Source: Eledone cirrhosa (Eukaryota). From it: 64,000 bases of DNA. Where the stretch lies: the NCBI GenBank assembly GCA_964016885.1, contig OZ024740.1:165912001-165976000 (forward strand), read 5' to 3'. Positions 62,206 to 64,000 of the stretch are shown here, in pieces; the first letter of the stretch is position 1, and the number at the start of each line of letters is the position of its first letter. A program made the translations under genes and the position numbers. The notes under the pieces were generated by a model. That model was not told the DNA's origin and searched no databases. It saw nothing but the letters and a program-made list of their open reading frames with translations.

Positions 62206-64000
62206 TAAATGTAATTTACATTTTCAACTTTGAATATTTCACTATGTTCGTGCGTGCGATGTAACTCATACGTGTATAATGCCTTTATCTCTTTTGATGT
62301 ATATGATATCAATTTATCATGGTATAACTTTCATCAAGCTATCTTGGTTTTAAAAGAGATTTTGTGTTCGTCCAGGTGCAAGCTTTCACATTTAAAACAT
62401 GAATTACTAAAGGGAACATATAGACTACATAAGATTATAGGCTCATGATAAAATATAATACGATGTGTTATAATTACCCCAATGTAAGTCAGACAAAATT
62501 CTTCAAAACCTAATGTGCATAAATTTGTTTTCATATTACTGAATGTTTAAATACTTATACATATATGTAAGCCTTGTAAATATGCTCACTATGTTCAGGT
62601 GTTTATATTGTTTAGTCATGATAAAAAGATAGCCCCATGACACTCGCAGGCAACGTTGAGCTTGGTGAGATTGATAAGGTTGATGTTTATTTTGAAAATT
62701 TGTAAATCGGCGTTTGTGGCAAAAACCGGGTTGGCAAATTGTATTCCAGGGTGTTGCAATATTAGGTACAGTGTTAAGAGCAGTAGTTGATACAGAATAT
62801 TGGAAAAAAAACAAGGAGAGAAAGTCATGTCAAATGTATCAGTAGTGGAGTAGGTGTGCAACTAATTAGCACATGAAAGGAGAGATCATTGTAGCAGCGA
62901 TATATTTATTATATTGAAGACAGGGTGGGTAGGCTATTGTAGTAGATGTATAATTGGCTGAGAGCAGATGTTTGGTTGTCTGCAAGAGGATTTGATTATA
63001 TTTCGAAAACATTCAGGCGACCTACTTTTACATATGGTCTTGGATCAGTGTGCATATAGCTACACCTCTGTCAAAGATGGAGGAGCAGTGTTCTATTTAG
63101 GATATTATTTGAGATTCTTAGATAATCGGAAGCTGATAAAAAAATGAAGTATACGAGGAGCAATATTCATCTTTTGAGTACATTTTGTGTCACGTTTAAT
63201 ATGTGGGATCACATGGAAAAATCATTTGACTTTATGAATCTGCGTATTTGAATCTAACTTGAGGGTAATAATTTTGTCTTGACAGGGTGAAATAAAACAA
63301 ATGTAACACCCATGTTTAAATACAAACATCTGCAAGATATATTTCTTCTCTAGCAATATATGATGTTGAAATATAGTTAGCTCAACGCTGCATTTATCGC
63401 CTATGGTAATCTGAGGATCAGTGAACAATATTTTTGCATAACCCAAACAAACAAAATTTATATAATAGTTTCTCTTGTGAGAATTTTTATCCAAGAGCGA
63501 AACTTCTGGGATATTAATAATAACAGTGTTCCCAGTGGAAGGTAACATCTTCGAACTACAAATATCACTAACACACACATCCGATCAATAAATGGTATCA
63601 AACGAACGGAATTGTTGACGAATACATACTGAATCGGAAAGAATGGAGTTAAGTTGTCAGACGCGTCCGTGAATGCAATAGTTGGTGATCATAATAATAA
63701 AAAGCGGAAGAGTTGTGACCGAGAAATTCATGAAATTGGCAGTAGTGGCAGTGGGTGTAATTACGATAATGATGATGATCATTATAATGACCGTGATGAT
63801 GATGATGATGATGATAATTACGATCGTGTTAATAATCATGAGTGAACAACATGATTGATATGATTATTGTGATGATCCACATTATCAGAATGCCGAACAC
63901 ATGTCCCACGATTTAAAATATAGAATAAAATAGTGCTGAACTTGTGATAAGGTTATATAAACTATTTAAAGAGTCAGGAAATTTTAAACACTAATGGCTG

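Overview
Very AT-rich, microsatellite-dense eukaryotic DNA. The repeat complement (tRNA-derived SINEs, RTE tails, an R4/Dong LINE, Penelope-like elements) suggests an octopus or other cephalopod genome; this is an inference. Only one host exon is visible: a + strand Ig-domain exon at 58739-58874 resembling PTK7/off-track, so most of the window is probably intron. The rest contains a 5'-truncated R4/Dong LINE inside (TAA)n, a Penelope-like (PLE) RT fragment, RTE 3' fragments and many SINEs. The main discovery is about a dozen short, mostly sequence-dissimilar elements inserted in (TA)n tracts that share one architecture: [inverted arm][direct arm with a hammerhead ribozyme][3' tail]. By eye I find about 20 hammerhead motifs or half-motifs, including family-level core variants (U3-A8, U4C, U4A). 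The tails carry a covarying hairpin, RCUC-stem/loop-UY-GAGY, and the inverted arms start just upstream of it. Nearly all other ORFs in the track are microsatellite translations. Coordinates and RNA folds were read by eye, and no activity has been tested.
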